DNA of 64,000 bases from Candidatus Thorarchaeota archaeon (GTDB lineage: Archaea; Asgardarchaeota; Thorarchaeia; Thorarchaeales; Thorarchaeaceae): the NCBI GenBank assembly GCA_048882045.1, contig JBHLRZ010000006.1, forward strand, positions 55,969-119,968. Direction: 5' to 3'. A program made the translations under genes and the position numbers. How positions within the stretch are numbered: position 1 is the stretch's first letter; each line of letters starts with the position of its first letter. Shown here piece after piece: positions 31,570 to 41,520 of the stretch. The notes beneath the pieces are model-generated. The model was not told the DNA's origin and did no database searches. It worked only from the letters and a program-made list of their open reading frames with translations.

Positions 31570-32095
31570 ACTCCTCCCTTAGAATGTCCATGATCATGAG
31601 ACCCTTGTGAGCCCCATTCATATACTCTGTTTGACGGAGGACACCAACCCGTTTGAATCCCAATTTCTCGTAGACATGAATGGCTCGTTCATTGTCCTCC
31701 ATTGTGTCGAGATAGATGCTATTGAGTCCAAGGATATGGAATCCAATCCGCAGAAGAACCATGACAGCATCACTTCCATATCCCTTTCCTCTGTCCTCGG
31801 GATCATAGATCGAGATGCTAAGTTCAGCTCGATTGTGAGGAAAAAGAACATCCTGAAGAGCCGCTCCCCCCAAGAATTTACCTGTTGCTTTTTCAACAAT
31901 CGCCAGATAGAGATGTCCATCTTTCCAGGGATCCCACGCTGATACCTTCTGAAGCCACTCCTCCATGTATTTCTTTGATCGTACAATCGGAGGACCAGTG
32001 TGTCGCCGAAATTCAAGGGTATTGTAAAACCTCAGAATGTCTTCAAGGTCAGACATCTCTAATGCTCTCAGTGTAACGAGCTCTCCGTGATACAT
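31541..32095 (-). CDS. GNAT acetyltransferase, RimJ/RimL type
   Basis: RGKGYG, N.RAIHVYEKLGF..VG.LR. Confidence 0.9.
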   Translation of the reverse strand: MYHGELVTLRALEMSDLEDILRFYNTLEFRRHTGPPIVRSKKYMEEWLQKVSAWDPWKDGHLYLAIVEKATGKFLGGAALQDVLFPHNRAELSISIYDPEDRGKGYGSDAVMVLLRIGFHILGLNSIYLDTMEDNERAIHVYEKLGFKRVGVLRQTEYMNGAHKGLMIMDILREEFMNRYPELP

Positions 32096-32193
32096 AGTAG
32101 TGATGGGGATTGACTACCAGATAAACAATTTCCGGAACCCTTAACATTTGCCACATCGTTCGCAACTGTTCATCTCATAGAGGTGAAATAATA

Positions 32194-32910
32194 ATGTCGA
32201 GTTCACTCAGGACACCTTTTGGCATAATACGAATACTGCTTGTGTTGATCATTTTAGCATCAATTGTGATGATTGATGTTGTCACACTACGCTTTGGATC
32301 TGTGATGATTGCGATTCTATCGCTAGTCAATTTCTTAGAGAGAAAGGATGATGAAAATTGGTCACGATTCTTATTACTGATGTTCATAGCAATGGTAATT
32401 TGTTCAATAGCTGACTTCCTATTGGCTGGAATTTTCTTCATCATCCCTGGCGAGGCCCTCATAAACGGAGTCATCTTTTTCCTTGCAGGACATGTAATCT
32501 ACATTCTAGCGCTGAGAGATCGTTCACCTTTGTTTCTACGAAGTGAGTCACCTAGAATTATCACAAGGAACTTTTTGATTTGGATAGCTGGAATGGTGGT
32601 GATTTTTGCTCTATTCTTCTTCACACTATACAATCCTGCACAGATGGTAATTAGTATTGGTCTAGTTTTCTATGGAATCTTCTTAACCTCGTCTCTTGTC
32701 TTCAGTATCACAAAATGGTTTGATGACTATCCCCAACTCTTCAGTCTATTCTTAATCATAGGTTTTCTGCTATTCTTCATATCCGACTATATCCTAGGAT
32801 ACAAGATGTTGATCGATGCGAACTTTCTCCAAGGAATTGATGCAGTAGGCTATACATATCTCCTTGGTCAAATGATAATTCATCTTTCACCAATGTTTAC
32901 GAGTGATTAG
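32194..32910 (+). CDS. YhhN/TMEM86 (lysoplasmalogenase-like) membrane protein
   Basis: ADFLL, G..FFLAGH..Y, LFFISD..L, TY..GQ. Confidence 0.75.
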   Translation: MSSSLRTPFGIIRILLVLIILASIVMIDVVTLRFGSVMIAILSLVNFLERKDDENWSRFLLLMFIAMVICSIADFLLAGIFFIIPGEALINGVIFFLAGHVIYILALRDRSPLFLRSESPRIITRNFLIWIAGMVVIFALFFFTLYNPAQMVISIGLVFYGIFLTSSLVFSITKWFDDYPQLFSLFLIIGFLLFFISDYILGYKMLIDANFLQGIDAVGYTYLLGQMIIHLSPMFTSD

Positions 32911-32922
32911 TGAGGTTTCGAG

Positions 32923-33687
32923 ATGGAGGAGTATCTTTTAGCAAACATGACATGGCCAGAGGTCGAAGAACGTCTCAAGGAGTGCGACATCGCAATAGTA
33001 CCCCTTGGTTCAACTGAGCAACACGGACCAGCACTTCCAGTGAGTACTGACCATTACATCGCCACACAATTTGCTTACAGGGCTGCTGAGATGATTTGGG
33101 AGGAGCAGAAAGTAGTGGTGACTCCAACCATAACATTTGGATTCTCACCACACCATATGGAGTTCAAGGGAACAATTACACTCAGCGAACTCACGTTGTC
33201 CAGTATGATTGCAGACGTCTGTCACTCCCTTGCCCAGCACGGATTTAAGAAAATCATACTTCTCAATGGACATGGAGGAAATGAGACTGCAATATCGAAC
33301 GCGATGCACGACATGCATGGCAACATCGATGCAAGGATCTACAATGCAAATTGGTACAGCCTTGTGGGTGACAAGCTTGGTAACATAATAACTCCACCAG
33401 CCTATCATGCATGTGACATGGAAACGTCAGTTGCATGGTACCTTGGACAACGAGTTCTTGAGGACAAGAGAGTGGATGAGCCAGGAGAAAGTCTGGTTCC
33501 AGGATTCATTATTCCGGACATGCTTTATCCAGGACCAAAAGTGGCTACCTCATACAACATGAAGGAGATCTCAAAATCTGGAGTTGTGGGTTACTCTACA
33601 AAGGCAACGAGAGATAAAGGAAAGCTCATTGCAGATATAGTTCTTGAGAGATTGACAGACTTCATCAGAGAGATAGCTAAAATGTAG
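32923..33687 (+). CDS. creatininase family protein
   Basis: PLGSTEQHGPALP..TD, S.HH..F.GT, NGHGGN, HA...ETS. Confidence 0.92.
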   Translation: MEEYLLANMTWPEVEERLKECDIAIVPLGSTEQHGPALPVSTDHYIATQFAYRAAEMIWEEQKVVVTPTITFGFSPHHMEFKGTITLSELTLSSMIADVCHSLAQHGFKKIILLNGHGGNETAISNAMHDMHGNIDARIYNANWYSLVGDKLGNIITPPAYHACDMETSVAWYLGQRVLEDKRVDEPGESLVPGFIIPDMLYPGPKVATSYNMKEISKSGVVGYSTKATRDKGKLIADIVLERLTDFIREIAKM

Positions 33688-33699
33688 GAAGAAAGATGT

Positions 33700-34395
33700 T
33701 CAACTCCTTCCTGGCAATAATAGAACGTGATCGATATTGCTAGTTTCATCTTGATCGATGATGAACTTGGCAGCCCTAGCTACATCTTCAGCAGTAAGCA
33801 TCTTGTCACGGTTGACATCCCTCCCTTCAAACCATGGGGTTGAAACGGAACCAGGATTTAGTGTAGCAGCTTTCACCATTGTTCCCTTCAATTCATCCCT
33901 CAAACACCAGACCATCGCCTGAACAGCATGCTTCGTTCCAGAATAGATACTTGATCGTGCAGATGTCTTCAGTCCAAGATTGGAGGATGTGACGATAATC
34001 TGACCTTTGTTCCGTTTTTTCATTCCAGGGAGAACCTTTCTCATCCATAGAAAGACTCCTCGGACATTAGTGTTGAACTGCTCGTCAAACTGTGAAACTG
34101 TCATATCCTCCAAGTTTCCATAATAGCCAACTCCTGCATTCGCGATGAGTACATCGACTCCTCCCATCATCGCCTCAGCCTCTGCAAACTGCATGTCAAC
34201 TATTTCTTCGTCAGAAACATCACCAACTCCAGTGAAGACCTTGCCACCCAGAGTATTTACCTTTGCACATACAGCCTTCAACCTCTCTTCATTCCGACCT
34301 GTGAGATAGAAGGTGTGACCTCCAGAAGCCATCTCAAGCGCTATTGCTTCTCCAATTCCACTTGAGGCACCAGTAATCAGAATTCTTTTCATCAC
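33700..34395 (-). CDS. SDR oxidoreductase
   Basis: TGASSGIG, NAG, YSGTK. Confidence 0.92.
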   Translation of the reverse strand: MMKRILITGASSGIGEAIALEMASGGHTFYLTGRNEERLKAVCAKVNTLGGKVFTGVGDVSDEEIVDMQFAEAEAMMGGVDVLIANAGVGYYGNLEDMTVSQFDEQFNTNVRGVFLWMRKVLPGMKKRNKGQIIVTSSNLGLKTSARSSIYSGTKHAVQAMVWCLRDELKGTMVKAATLNPGSVSTPWFEGRDVNRDKMLTAEDVARAAKFIIDQDETSNIDHVLLLPGRS

Positions 34396-34471
34396 GTGAG
34401 TTCATCCCTGAATTCTCGATTCATGATGATGTTTTTCTAGTTTCGCGTGTAACCAATTTGGGGAAAATATC

Positions 34472-34687
34472 GTGGTTGAATATAGAATGAAAACCGATGC
34501 ACTTGTCTGCTTCAATTGTGGGGAGAGAAATCTAGAGGGCCCATTCAAGCTATATGATGCTAACCTGCGAATCGATTGGAGCACCCACGTCAAACCAGTA
34601 GCATTGGTCTGTATGGATTGTGGATATACGATTTTTTTCACAGAAGAGAATGAGAGAAAGAAGATCCGGAAGGAGTCAAAGGACTAA
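34472..34687 (+). CDS. small zinc-ribbon protein
   Basis: CFNC...CMDCGY; paralog of the next ORF. Confidence 0.7.
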   Translation: MVEYRMKTDALVCFNCGERNLEGPFKLYDANLRIDWSTHVKPVALVCMDCGYTIFFTEENERKKIRKESKD

Positions 34688-34793
34688 TCGAAGACAACAT
34701 CAAAAGGTATCTTCAAGACCAGCAACTGAAACTCCTTCGGAATAGAAATTGAAGAAGTTTTATTGCTTTCAAGCAAGTCAGAAGTAGGGAGGT

Positions 34794-35030
34794 ATGCTGT
34801 TGTCAGAAGTCAGACGCAAGAAAAGTCTAGAAAAGTGTCACAATTGTCAGTCAGAGAATATTGTTGGACCCTATCAAGCCATGGGAAATATCTGGTTTTC
34901 AACAATGAGCAGCGTCAGTAAGGATGCATATGTTTGTGGTGATTGTTATCATGTCATGATGTTCATTATCGAGAAAGATGAACGCAAGGTGAAAAGAGAA
35001 ATCGAGAAAAAGACTCACCGAAATACTTAG
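34794..35030 (+). CDS. small zinc-ribbon protein
   Basis: CHNC...CGDC; GGGAGGT upstream. Confidence 0.7.
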   Translation: MLLSEVRRKKSLEKCHNCQSENIVGPYQAMGNIWFSTMSSVSKDAYVCGDCYHVMMFIIEKDERKVKREIEKKTHRNT

Positions 35031-35057
35031 CATTGAATTGCCATAAATGAACGCTTA

Positions 35058-35075
35058 AATTCACTATTGTGAATT
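35058..35075. promoter_or_regulatory. inverted repeat upstream of pirin gene
   Basis: AATTCAC-tatt-GTGAATT in an AT-rich promoter region. Confidence 0.35.
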
Positions 35076-35114
35076 AACTAGTATTATCTAAATAAATTCA
35101 ATGGAGAGAAAGAC

Positions 35115-35969
35115 ATGGCTCAAATTCGAAAGATTAAGACTGTATTCAAGAGTAAACCCACCATAGAGGGAGCGGGTGTCCGTTTGAAGCGTGTCTTTGG
35201 ATACCATGAGACTGAACTGATGGATCCCTTCTTACTATTGGACCACTTTGGTTCAAACAACCCAGATGACTACATGAAGGGTTTTCCCTGGCACCCCCAT
35301 CGAGGTATCGAAACTATCACCTACATGATCGAAGGCAGGGTCAAACACGAGGATAGCTTAGGCAATGCTGGTACCATTGAAACGGGGGATGTGCAATGGA
35401 TGACCGCAGGGAGCGGTATCATACATCAGGAGATGCCAAAGGGTTCAGATGGACGGATGATGGGATTTCAGTTGTGGGCGAATCTTCCTAGTTCAAGCAA
35501 GATGATGCATCCGAGGTACCAAGAGGTCAAGGATTCCCAGATACCCGAGGTAGAAACCGAAAGTGGTGCCAAGGTGAGAATCATCTGTGGGAATCTTGAT
35601 GGGACTTGTGGTCCTGTGAGTGAGATTGTAACAGATCCAGAGTACATGGATGTAATAGTCCCAGCAGGGAAAAGGTTCGCTCATTCGGTTAGGAAGGGTC
35701 ACACTGTCTTTGCCTATGTCTTCGAGGGGAGTGGATACTTCGACGAAGATGAGGAGCAGCTCATTGAATCAGACCACCTAGTACTATTTGAGGATGGAGA
35801 CCAGATAATAGCTAAAGCAGATGATGAGCAGCTACGATTCCTTCTAGTGTCTGGAATGCCTATTGGCGAACCCATTGCGTGGTACGGTCCAATTGTCATG
35901 AACAACCGCGAAGAACTTGATTTGGCGTTTCGTGAGTACCGTGAAGGGACCTTCATCAAGCACAACTAG
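35115..35969 (+). CDS. pirin family protein
   Basis: DPFLLLD, HPHRGIETITY, WMTAGSGIIHQE, QLWANLP, GPIVMN. Confidence 0.95.
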   Translation: MAQIRKIKTVFKSKPTIEGAGVRLKRVFGYHETELMDPFLLLDHFGSNNPDDYMKGFPWHPHRGIETITYMIEGRVKHEDSLGNAGTIETGDVQWMTAGSGIIHQEMPKGSDGRMMGFQLWANLPSSSKMMHPRYQEVKDSQIPEVETESGAKVRIICGNLDGTCGPVSEIVTDPEYMDVIVPAGKRFAHSVRKGHTVFAYVFEGSGYFDEDEEQLIESDHLVLFEDGDQIIAKADDEQLRFLLVSGMPIGEPIAWYGPIVMNNREELDLAFREYREGTFIKHN

Positions 35970-36028
35970 AGTACAACTCGATGACAGAGAGCTTATCTGT
36001 CACCTCATTTTCTGTAGAAAGGAGAAAG

Positions 36029-37135
36029 ATGACAGCTTATATGATTCATCACGAAGATCTACGAATCTTTTCTCAAGAAGTAATCATGAAGATGGGGGCG
36101 TCTAAGGAGGATGCTTATCATGTGGCTGATAATCTCGTGACATCCAATCTGCGAGGAATCGATTCTCATGGGGTGGGCAGGCTCATGCGGTATGTAGAGG
36201 GCATAAAGTCCGGATACATAATACCGACAGCGACGCCAGCGATAGAGAAGGATAGTCCGGTTATTGCAAATATCGACGCGATGAATGGATTGGGCCAGCC
36301 TGCTGGTGTCTTTGGAATGAAGATGTCAATTGAGAAAGCATTGAACACAGGTGTCGGGATGGTGACAGTGTTCAACTCTAATCACTATGGATTTGCAGGA
36401 TACTATGCGATGATGGCTTTGGAAAATGATTTGATTGGCATTTCAATGACTAATTCTGAACCATTGGTAGTTCCTACGTTTAGTAAGAACGCAATGATTG
36501 GTACAAATCCTATTGCATTTGCCGCACCTACGAAATCAGAGAGACCATGGGTCATGGATTTGGCAACAAGTGTTGTTCCAAGTGGTAAGCTTGAGGTATA
36601 CGATAGGCTAGGAAAGAAGATTCCAAAAGGTTGGGCAACAGATGAGAATGGTCAGAGTACAGATGACCCAGCAGTTGTGCTTAACAATCTCTACAGAGGA
36701 CTTGGCGAAGGGGGAATCTTTCCACTCGGTGGGGAAGGAGAGCTGCATGGAGGTCACAAAGGATATGGTCTGGCTACTATGGTCGAAATTCTCTGTGGTG
36801 TTATGTCAGGAGCCAATTTCCTTAGAGATCTGGCGTTTAGAAAAGATGAGAAATCCAAACATCCGAGAATTGGACACTTCTTCATGGCGTTTGACCCCTC
36901 ATTTTTCATAGATATTGACCTGTTCAAAACGAGAATGGACGATATGATTAACCGACTGAAGACAGCAGAGAAAGCTGAAGGACATGACAGGATATTCGTT
37001 CATGGTGAGAAGGAGTACGACGAACACGAACTCAGAGAACGGAATGGAATACCTGTAGATGAGAAGACAGCTGAGGCTCTGATTGGATACTCTAATGAGT
37101 TTTCGATTGATTTGGAATTCATCGACTCAAAGTAA
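36029..37135 (+). CDS. Ldh_2 family (malate/L-lactate/sulfolactate) dehydrogenase
   Basis: RGIDSHG, NSNHYG, GTNPIAFA, DLATS, GGHKGYGL. Confidence 0.92.
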   Translation: MTAYMIHHEDLRIFSQEVIMKMGASKEDAYHVADNLVTSNLRGIDSHGVGRLMRYVEGIKSGYIIPTATPAIEKDSPVIANIDAMNGLGQPAGVFGMKMSIEKALNTGVGMVTVFNSNHYGFAGYYAMMALENDLIGISMTNSEPLVVPTFSKNAMIGTNPIAFAAPTKSERPWVMDLATSVVPSGKLEVYDRLGKKIPKGWATDENGQSTDDPAVVLNNLYRGLGEGGIFPLGGEGELHGGHKGYGLATMVEILCGVMSGANFLRDLAFRKDEKSKHPRIGHFFMAFDPSFFIDIDLFKTRMDDMINRLKTAEKAEGHDRIFVHGEKEYDEHELRERNGIPVDEKTAEALIGYSNEFSIDLEFIDSK

Positions 37136-37145
37136 GGAAAGTAGA

Positions 37146-38876
37146 CTATGTGTCCCATTTTCCAGAGGCTCGAAGTTTTTCCACAATTCGATTTGCTTCT
37201 TCTTTTAGAGTAACATAGTCAGTCTTTGCTACTCGATTAAGAGGCATCTCTGGAATAATCTCAACATGAGAAGGTCTCTTGTAAGAAGCAATCTCTTTTG
37301 CAGCCTGAAACACCTCTTCTGGAGTTACACTCTTTCCGGGGTGTGGAACCACAAATGCGAAAATTGCCTCTGTGAAAATCTCATGTTTTACTCCTACGCA
37401 GGCAACTCCAGCAACCTTTTCCCTTAGAGCATTTGATATGAAGTTCTCAACCTCAGTTGGAAATACATTGTATCCTTTTGGTTTGATCATCAATTTGGAT
37501 CGACCAGCAAGATGCAGACCCTTCTCATCATAAGAACCCAAATCTCCAGTGTACAACCATCCATCTGAAGATATGGTCTTTCTAGTTGCTTCTTCATTAT
37601 TCACATATCCCAAGAATAGCTGAGGACCACTGAAGCATATCTCACCCACTTCTCCTTCGGGCAACTCCTTTCCCGCTCGCCCATCTTCTCGAATTGGTTC
37701 ACGTATGGAGATAGGAGTAATTGGCATTGCATATCCAACACCAGCAAGAATATCATCTACAGTCCCATCCAGTGGTGTATAGGTGCAAAATCCGGAAGTT
37801 TCAGTCAGTCCTAATCCCGTTCCAAATCGTGGAACCATCTGAGACAATTTCTCCAGAAACTCACGAGTAACTGCTTGTCCTCCATAGAGAGCAAATTTCA
37901 GACTCGATAAATCATATTCCGCATAGTTAGGAAGTCTCCATTCCATGGCAAATAATGCTGGAATCTGTCCGAAGAGGGTTATTTTGTATTTCTGGATCAT
38001 TTCCAAAGTCAGGTCAGGTTTGAAGACGTGAAGCACAACGCACTTCCCGCCGAAGAACCATGGTGTCATGAGCTGCTCTGCTTGTCCCCCGACATGACTT
38101 GGAGGAAGATTGACACACATAGTATCCTTCTCGGTCATATCAAAACCCATACCAAGTGTTAGGTTTTGGGAAGTAATTCCCCGGTGAGAGAGGAGGGCAG
38201 GCTTGGGAAATCCTGTTGAGCCCGTTGTGTATATCACCTGACACCCATCAGTCTCTACCACAGACGCCTTGGCATCTGCACATTTCTTGGCAATCTCTGG
38301 TGCATTTCCAGATAGTACTTCTCTTGCAAGCGTTTCTGCTTCTTTCGCTAGAGTGAATGCAGATATTGCTCCTTCATTGCACTCGTCTGGTGACGAAAAC
38401 TGAATGAAGTGCTCTACAAATGAGCAATTCTCCTGAACCGCTTTACCCATGCCAGCAAAATCTGCGATGGGTGTTTTTCCAAGATGACAATATGCCTTGG
38501 CTTTGACTAGACTTAAGCAACGAATTACTTCTGGCGGCTTGAGTCTCATATCAAGAGGAACATGTATGACTCCTATTTGAAAACACGCGTATTCAAGGAA
38601 AATGTGTTCTGGAAGAAATGACAATGATGTTGCGAGAAAGTCGCCCTTTTGAAATCCCATTTCAGTCAATTTCATCGCTATTGCTGTAGATGATTCATAG
38701 ATTGCTTTCCATGAAAACTCCCGACCATCATCTGCACAGATAAGACCAATTTCATCTGGTTTTTCCTTCGCCCATTTTTGAACAACACCGTGAACCAAAT
38801 GACGATCTGCGAAATCAACCTCATATTGCTCCAATGTACACATTGGAACTCCATCTTTCTTCTCAATCTCAACCAA
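37146..38876 (-). CDS. acyl-CoA synthetase (AMP-forming)
   Basis: YTTGSTGFPK, GLTET, TGDLG, GR.K..I..KGYNVFP.EVE; likely TTG start after GAGGTGA. Confidence 0.9.
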   Translation of the reverse strand: MVEIEKKDGVPMCTLEQYEVDFADRHLVHGVVQKWAKEKPDEIGLICADDGREFSWKAIYESSTAIAMKLTEMGFQKGDFLATSLSFLPEHIFLEYACFQIGVIHVPLDMRLKPPEVIRCLSLVKAKAYCHLGKTPIADFAGMGKAVQENCSFVEHFIQFSSPDECNEGAISAFTLAKEAETLAREVLSGNAPEIAKKCADAKASVVETDGCQVIYTTGSTGFPKPALLSHRGITSQNLTLGMGFDMTEKDTMCVNLPPSHVGGQAEQLMTPWFFGGKCVVLHVFKPDLTLEMIQKYKITLFGQIPALFAMEWRLPNYAEYDLSSLKFALYGGQAVTREFLEKLSQMVPRFGTGLGLTETSGFCTYTPLDGTVDDILAGVGYAMPITPISIREPIREDGRAGKELPEGEVGEICFSGPQLFLGYVNNEEATRKTISSDGWLYTGDLGSYDEKGLHLAGRSKLMIKPKGYNVFPTEVENFISNALREKVAGVACVGVKHEIFTEAIFAFVVPHPGKSVTPEEVFQAAKEIASYKRPSHVEIIPEMPLNRVAKTDYVTLKEEANRIVEKLRASGKWDT

Positions 38877-38886
38877 TTCATTCACC

Positions 38887-39357
38887 TCAACCACGAATCT
38901 CTTTGTAAAGAGGCTGAATACCAATGAGAGACTTCGAGAGAATTCTATGAAGTTCAGATAGCTCGTCCTTAGTGAGATATGAGAAGATCTTTTTGATATT
39001 CTCGTAGTTCTCTATCTCGCGTTCTTCCCAGAATTTATCATTGGCTTCTGTCAGTTTCAAAAGCTTCCTTCTCCCATCCTTTGGGTCCTTCAAAATCTCA
39101 ACAAAACCACGACGTTGAAGGTTGAGTGCTATCTGAGTAACATTTTGATGGGAGGTACTGAGGACCTCAGCGACTTCACTCACTGATGGATCGGATTCAA
39201 ATGCATTCCCGATGGCAATGAGTGTGAGAAGCTGCTTAGTGGTCAAAGAGTCTTTCTTTAGGTAGCAGTCAGTGATGTATTCAATGCGTTGACTCAGAAC
39301 GAAAAGATAGCTGAACACCTCAGCAAGTTTTCTGGTCTCTTTACTCAACCTATACAC
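38887..39357 (-). CDS. MarR family transcriptional regulator
   Basis: LTTKQ, S.QNV.QIA..L...GFV....DPKDGR. Confidence 0.9.
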   Translation of the reverse strand: MYRLSKETRKLAEVFSYLFVLSQRIEYITDCYLKKDSLTTKQLLTLIAIGNAFESDPSVSEVAEVLSTSHQNVTQIALNLQRRGFVEILKDPKDGRRKLLKLTEANDKFWEEREIENYENIKKIFSYLTKDELSELHRILSKSLIGIQPLYKEIRG

Positions 39358-39507
39358 ATCCTAAAAACAGAGGAACGACGGATTATTTGTAATCTCCGGA
39401 AATCGTACGAAGCGAAGACCATATATAGCTGAAAATTCGGGCGAGCGCTTAGATTCACCCGATTTTGGAGGGTGTTTGATTACCATTTCAGGTATATGGT
39501 GAAGATC

Positions 39508-40698
39508 ATGAAAAGAGATCCAACTGGTTGGATGAGAGACGAGTACGACAAGCTCGTCGAGCAGAATTTTGACTGGAAGATTCGTGAGTTGCAAGGACCT
39601 TCGACTCCGAGTGCAAAGATTGACGGCAAAGAGGTAATCATGCTCTGTAGCAACAACTACCTCAACCTGAGCAACCATCCCAAGTTGAAGGAGGCTGCTC
39701 TCGAAGCTATCAAGACACATGGTGTTGGTTCAGGCTCAGTCCGGGCCATTGCAGGAACCATGGACCTTCACCTTGAGCTAGAACGCAGACTTGCAAAGTT
39801 CAAAGGTGCTGAAGCTGCATTGACCTATAGCGCTGGTTTCACGACAAATGAAGGATTGATTCCTCAGCTTGTCGATAAGGGCGACGCAATCATCTCTGAC
39901 GAGTTGAATCATGGCAGTATAATCGACGGTGTCCGCTTGACAAAGGCTACACGTTTTGTTTACAAGCACAATGATGTTGCAGACCTGGAGAGGGTTCTTG
40001 AAGAAGCAGAGAAAGAGAATCCAAAGAAGATGCTTGTCATCACAGACGGCGTCTTTTCAATGGACGGGGATATAGCTCCACTTGACGGAATAGCCAAAGC
40101 AGCAAAGCCACACGGAGCCATGATCTATGTGGACGATGCACATGGCGAAGCTGTTCTTGGTAAAGGCGGTCGTGGAATTGTTTCGCACTTCAACCTTACC
40201 CACAATGATGTACACTTTGAAATGGGAACTTTCTCGAAAGCCTTCGGGGTTATGGGAGGTCATGTTTCGGGAAGTCGTGACATGGTGAACTATGCCCTCA
40301 ATAAGAGCCGTTCCTGGCTCCTGAGTGCATCACATCCACCGGCTACCGCAGCAGCTTGCATAGCAGCTATTGACGTTCTCGAAACAGAGGAAGAGCACGT
40401 GAAGACCCTATGGGAGAATCGTGAGTACTTCATCAAGGGTCTCCAACAGATGGGCTATGACACTGGCAAGAGCGAAACCCCAATCATCCCAGCGATGACT
40501 GGTGAGAGTGCCAAGGCAGTTGCTCTCAGTGACGGTCTCATGGAGGAAGGAATTCTTGCACTGCCAATAGTCTTCCCAATGGTTGCACGCGACGCAGCAA
40601 GAATCCGAAACATGATGAACTCTGGCCTGACCAAGGATCAGCTAGACAAAGCACTAGCTGCCTATGAAAAGGTCGGAAAAAGAGTCGGTATTATTTAG
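39508..40698 (+). CDS. kbl: glycine C-acetyltransferase / AONS-family PLP acyltransferase
   Basis: SNNYLNL, GSVR.IAGT, SDELNHGSIIDG, DGVFSMDGD, DDAHG, TFSKA. Confidence 0.8.
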   Translation: MKRDPTGWMRDEYDKLVEQNFDWKIRELQGPSTPSAKIDGKEVIMLCSNNYLNLSNHPKLKEAALEAIKTHGVGSGSVRAIAGTMDLHLELERRLAKFKGAEAALTYSAGFTTNEGLIPQLVDKGDAIISDELNHGSIIDGVRLTKATRFVYKHNDVADLERVLEEAEKENPKKMLVITDGVFSMDGDIAPLDGIAKAAKPHGAMIYVDDAHGEAVLGKGGRGIVSHFNLTHNDVHFEMGTFSKAFGVMGGHVSGSRDMVNYALNKSRSWLLSASHPPATAAACIAAIDVLETEEEHVKTLWENREYFIKGLQQMGYDTGKSETPIIPAMTGESAKAVALSDGLMEEGILALPIVFPMVARDAARIRNMMNSGLTKDQLDKALAAYEKVGKRVGII

Positions 40699-40768
40699 GC
40701 TCAAACATAGAGGATGATGATTCAGACAAATAATTCATCTGATTCATCACTCCCGACTTTTCAACAAC

Positions 40769-41047
40769 TCACTTGATTTTCTGGTCGACACTCTCAAGTT
40801 CAACAATAGGTGCGAATCTGAAACTTACTTCTGGAAGATAGTGTCGAGTGATTTTGACGAGGTGTTGTGCATCATCGGTCTCAACTAGTTGAAAACCTTC
40901 AGTACCATCAACCATAGTGTAGTTCTTCGAGATGAACCTGGCATGTTGCTCAGGGTTCTTCTTTACAATTCCACGGAACTCTTTCAGTTTGTCCATGACA
41001 GTGTTGTGATCACCAGGATCATATTCCCAGAACATGATGTATTTCAT
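40769..41047 (-). CDS. DUF3303-like small protein
   Basis: MKYIMFW...GFQLVETDD...F.PIVE pattern. Confidence 0.6.
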   Translation of the reverse strand: MKYIMFWEYDPGDHNTVMDKLKEFRGIVKKNPEQHARFISKNYTMVDGTEGFQLVETDDAQHLVKITRHYLPEVSFRFAPIVELESVDQKIK

Positions 41048-41260
41048 TCAAATAACTCCTGAAACTTTGATAGTACTTGATGTAACCTGTTATGAGAGTT
41101 GTGAAACAGGATAATTCAATCATGGTCGACAGTCAATCCATTCTCGTATCCTTCTAATTTTGTGAGCTCATTATGCAGTTCTTAACTAAATTGCGAGATT
41201 CTCATGGTCCTAAAAGTAGATTACGAATCCTTATCACTGAAAAAGCATCTTAGTTTGGAC

Positions 41261-41500
41261 ATGTCGAAATTCGAGAAGGATGCTACCCTGCGGAGTGTGT
41301 TACTCGATGCGGCAAAATCGGGAGAGCAATTGAGATTTTATGGTTCTGGGATGATGATTGTCGCTGAAGGACGCGTGGCATTTGTCGGAGAGGATGTAGT
41401 AGGTCTCAGTCATGGCAAAGCCGAAGACGCCGATGAGTTTGTCCGTATCGAGTGTATAATAAAAGTGCAGATACTAGGTGAGTACCGGCACTACGGATAG
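41261..41500 (+). CDS. small hypothetical protein
   Basis: beta-rich 79-aa ORF. Confidence 0.55.
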   Translation: MSKFEKDATLRSVLLDAAKSGEQLRFYGSGMMIVAEGRVAFVGEDVVGLSHGKAEDADEFVRIECIIKVQILGEYRHYG

Positions 41501-41520
41501 GGGTAGTGTCTAGACCTTAA

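Noticed and set aside
34688-34752. Short frame IEDNIKRYLQDQ resembling the C-terminal helix of IS200 TnpA
   Set aside because: Too short; no HUH motif, terminal hairpins or tnpB nearby.
39393-39471. Alternative hairpins between marR and kbl suggesting a riboswitch
   Set aside because: No recognisable aptamer motif, the pairing is imperfect, and the region overlaps divergent promoters.
40712-40752. ATGATGA...CTGA resembling a box C/D sRNA
   Set aside because: The boxes are only about 18 nt apart with no C'/D' boxes; a terminator hairpin between convergent genes explains it better.
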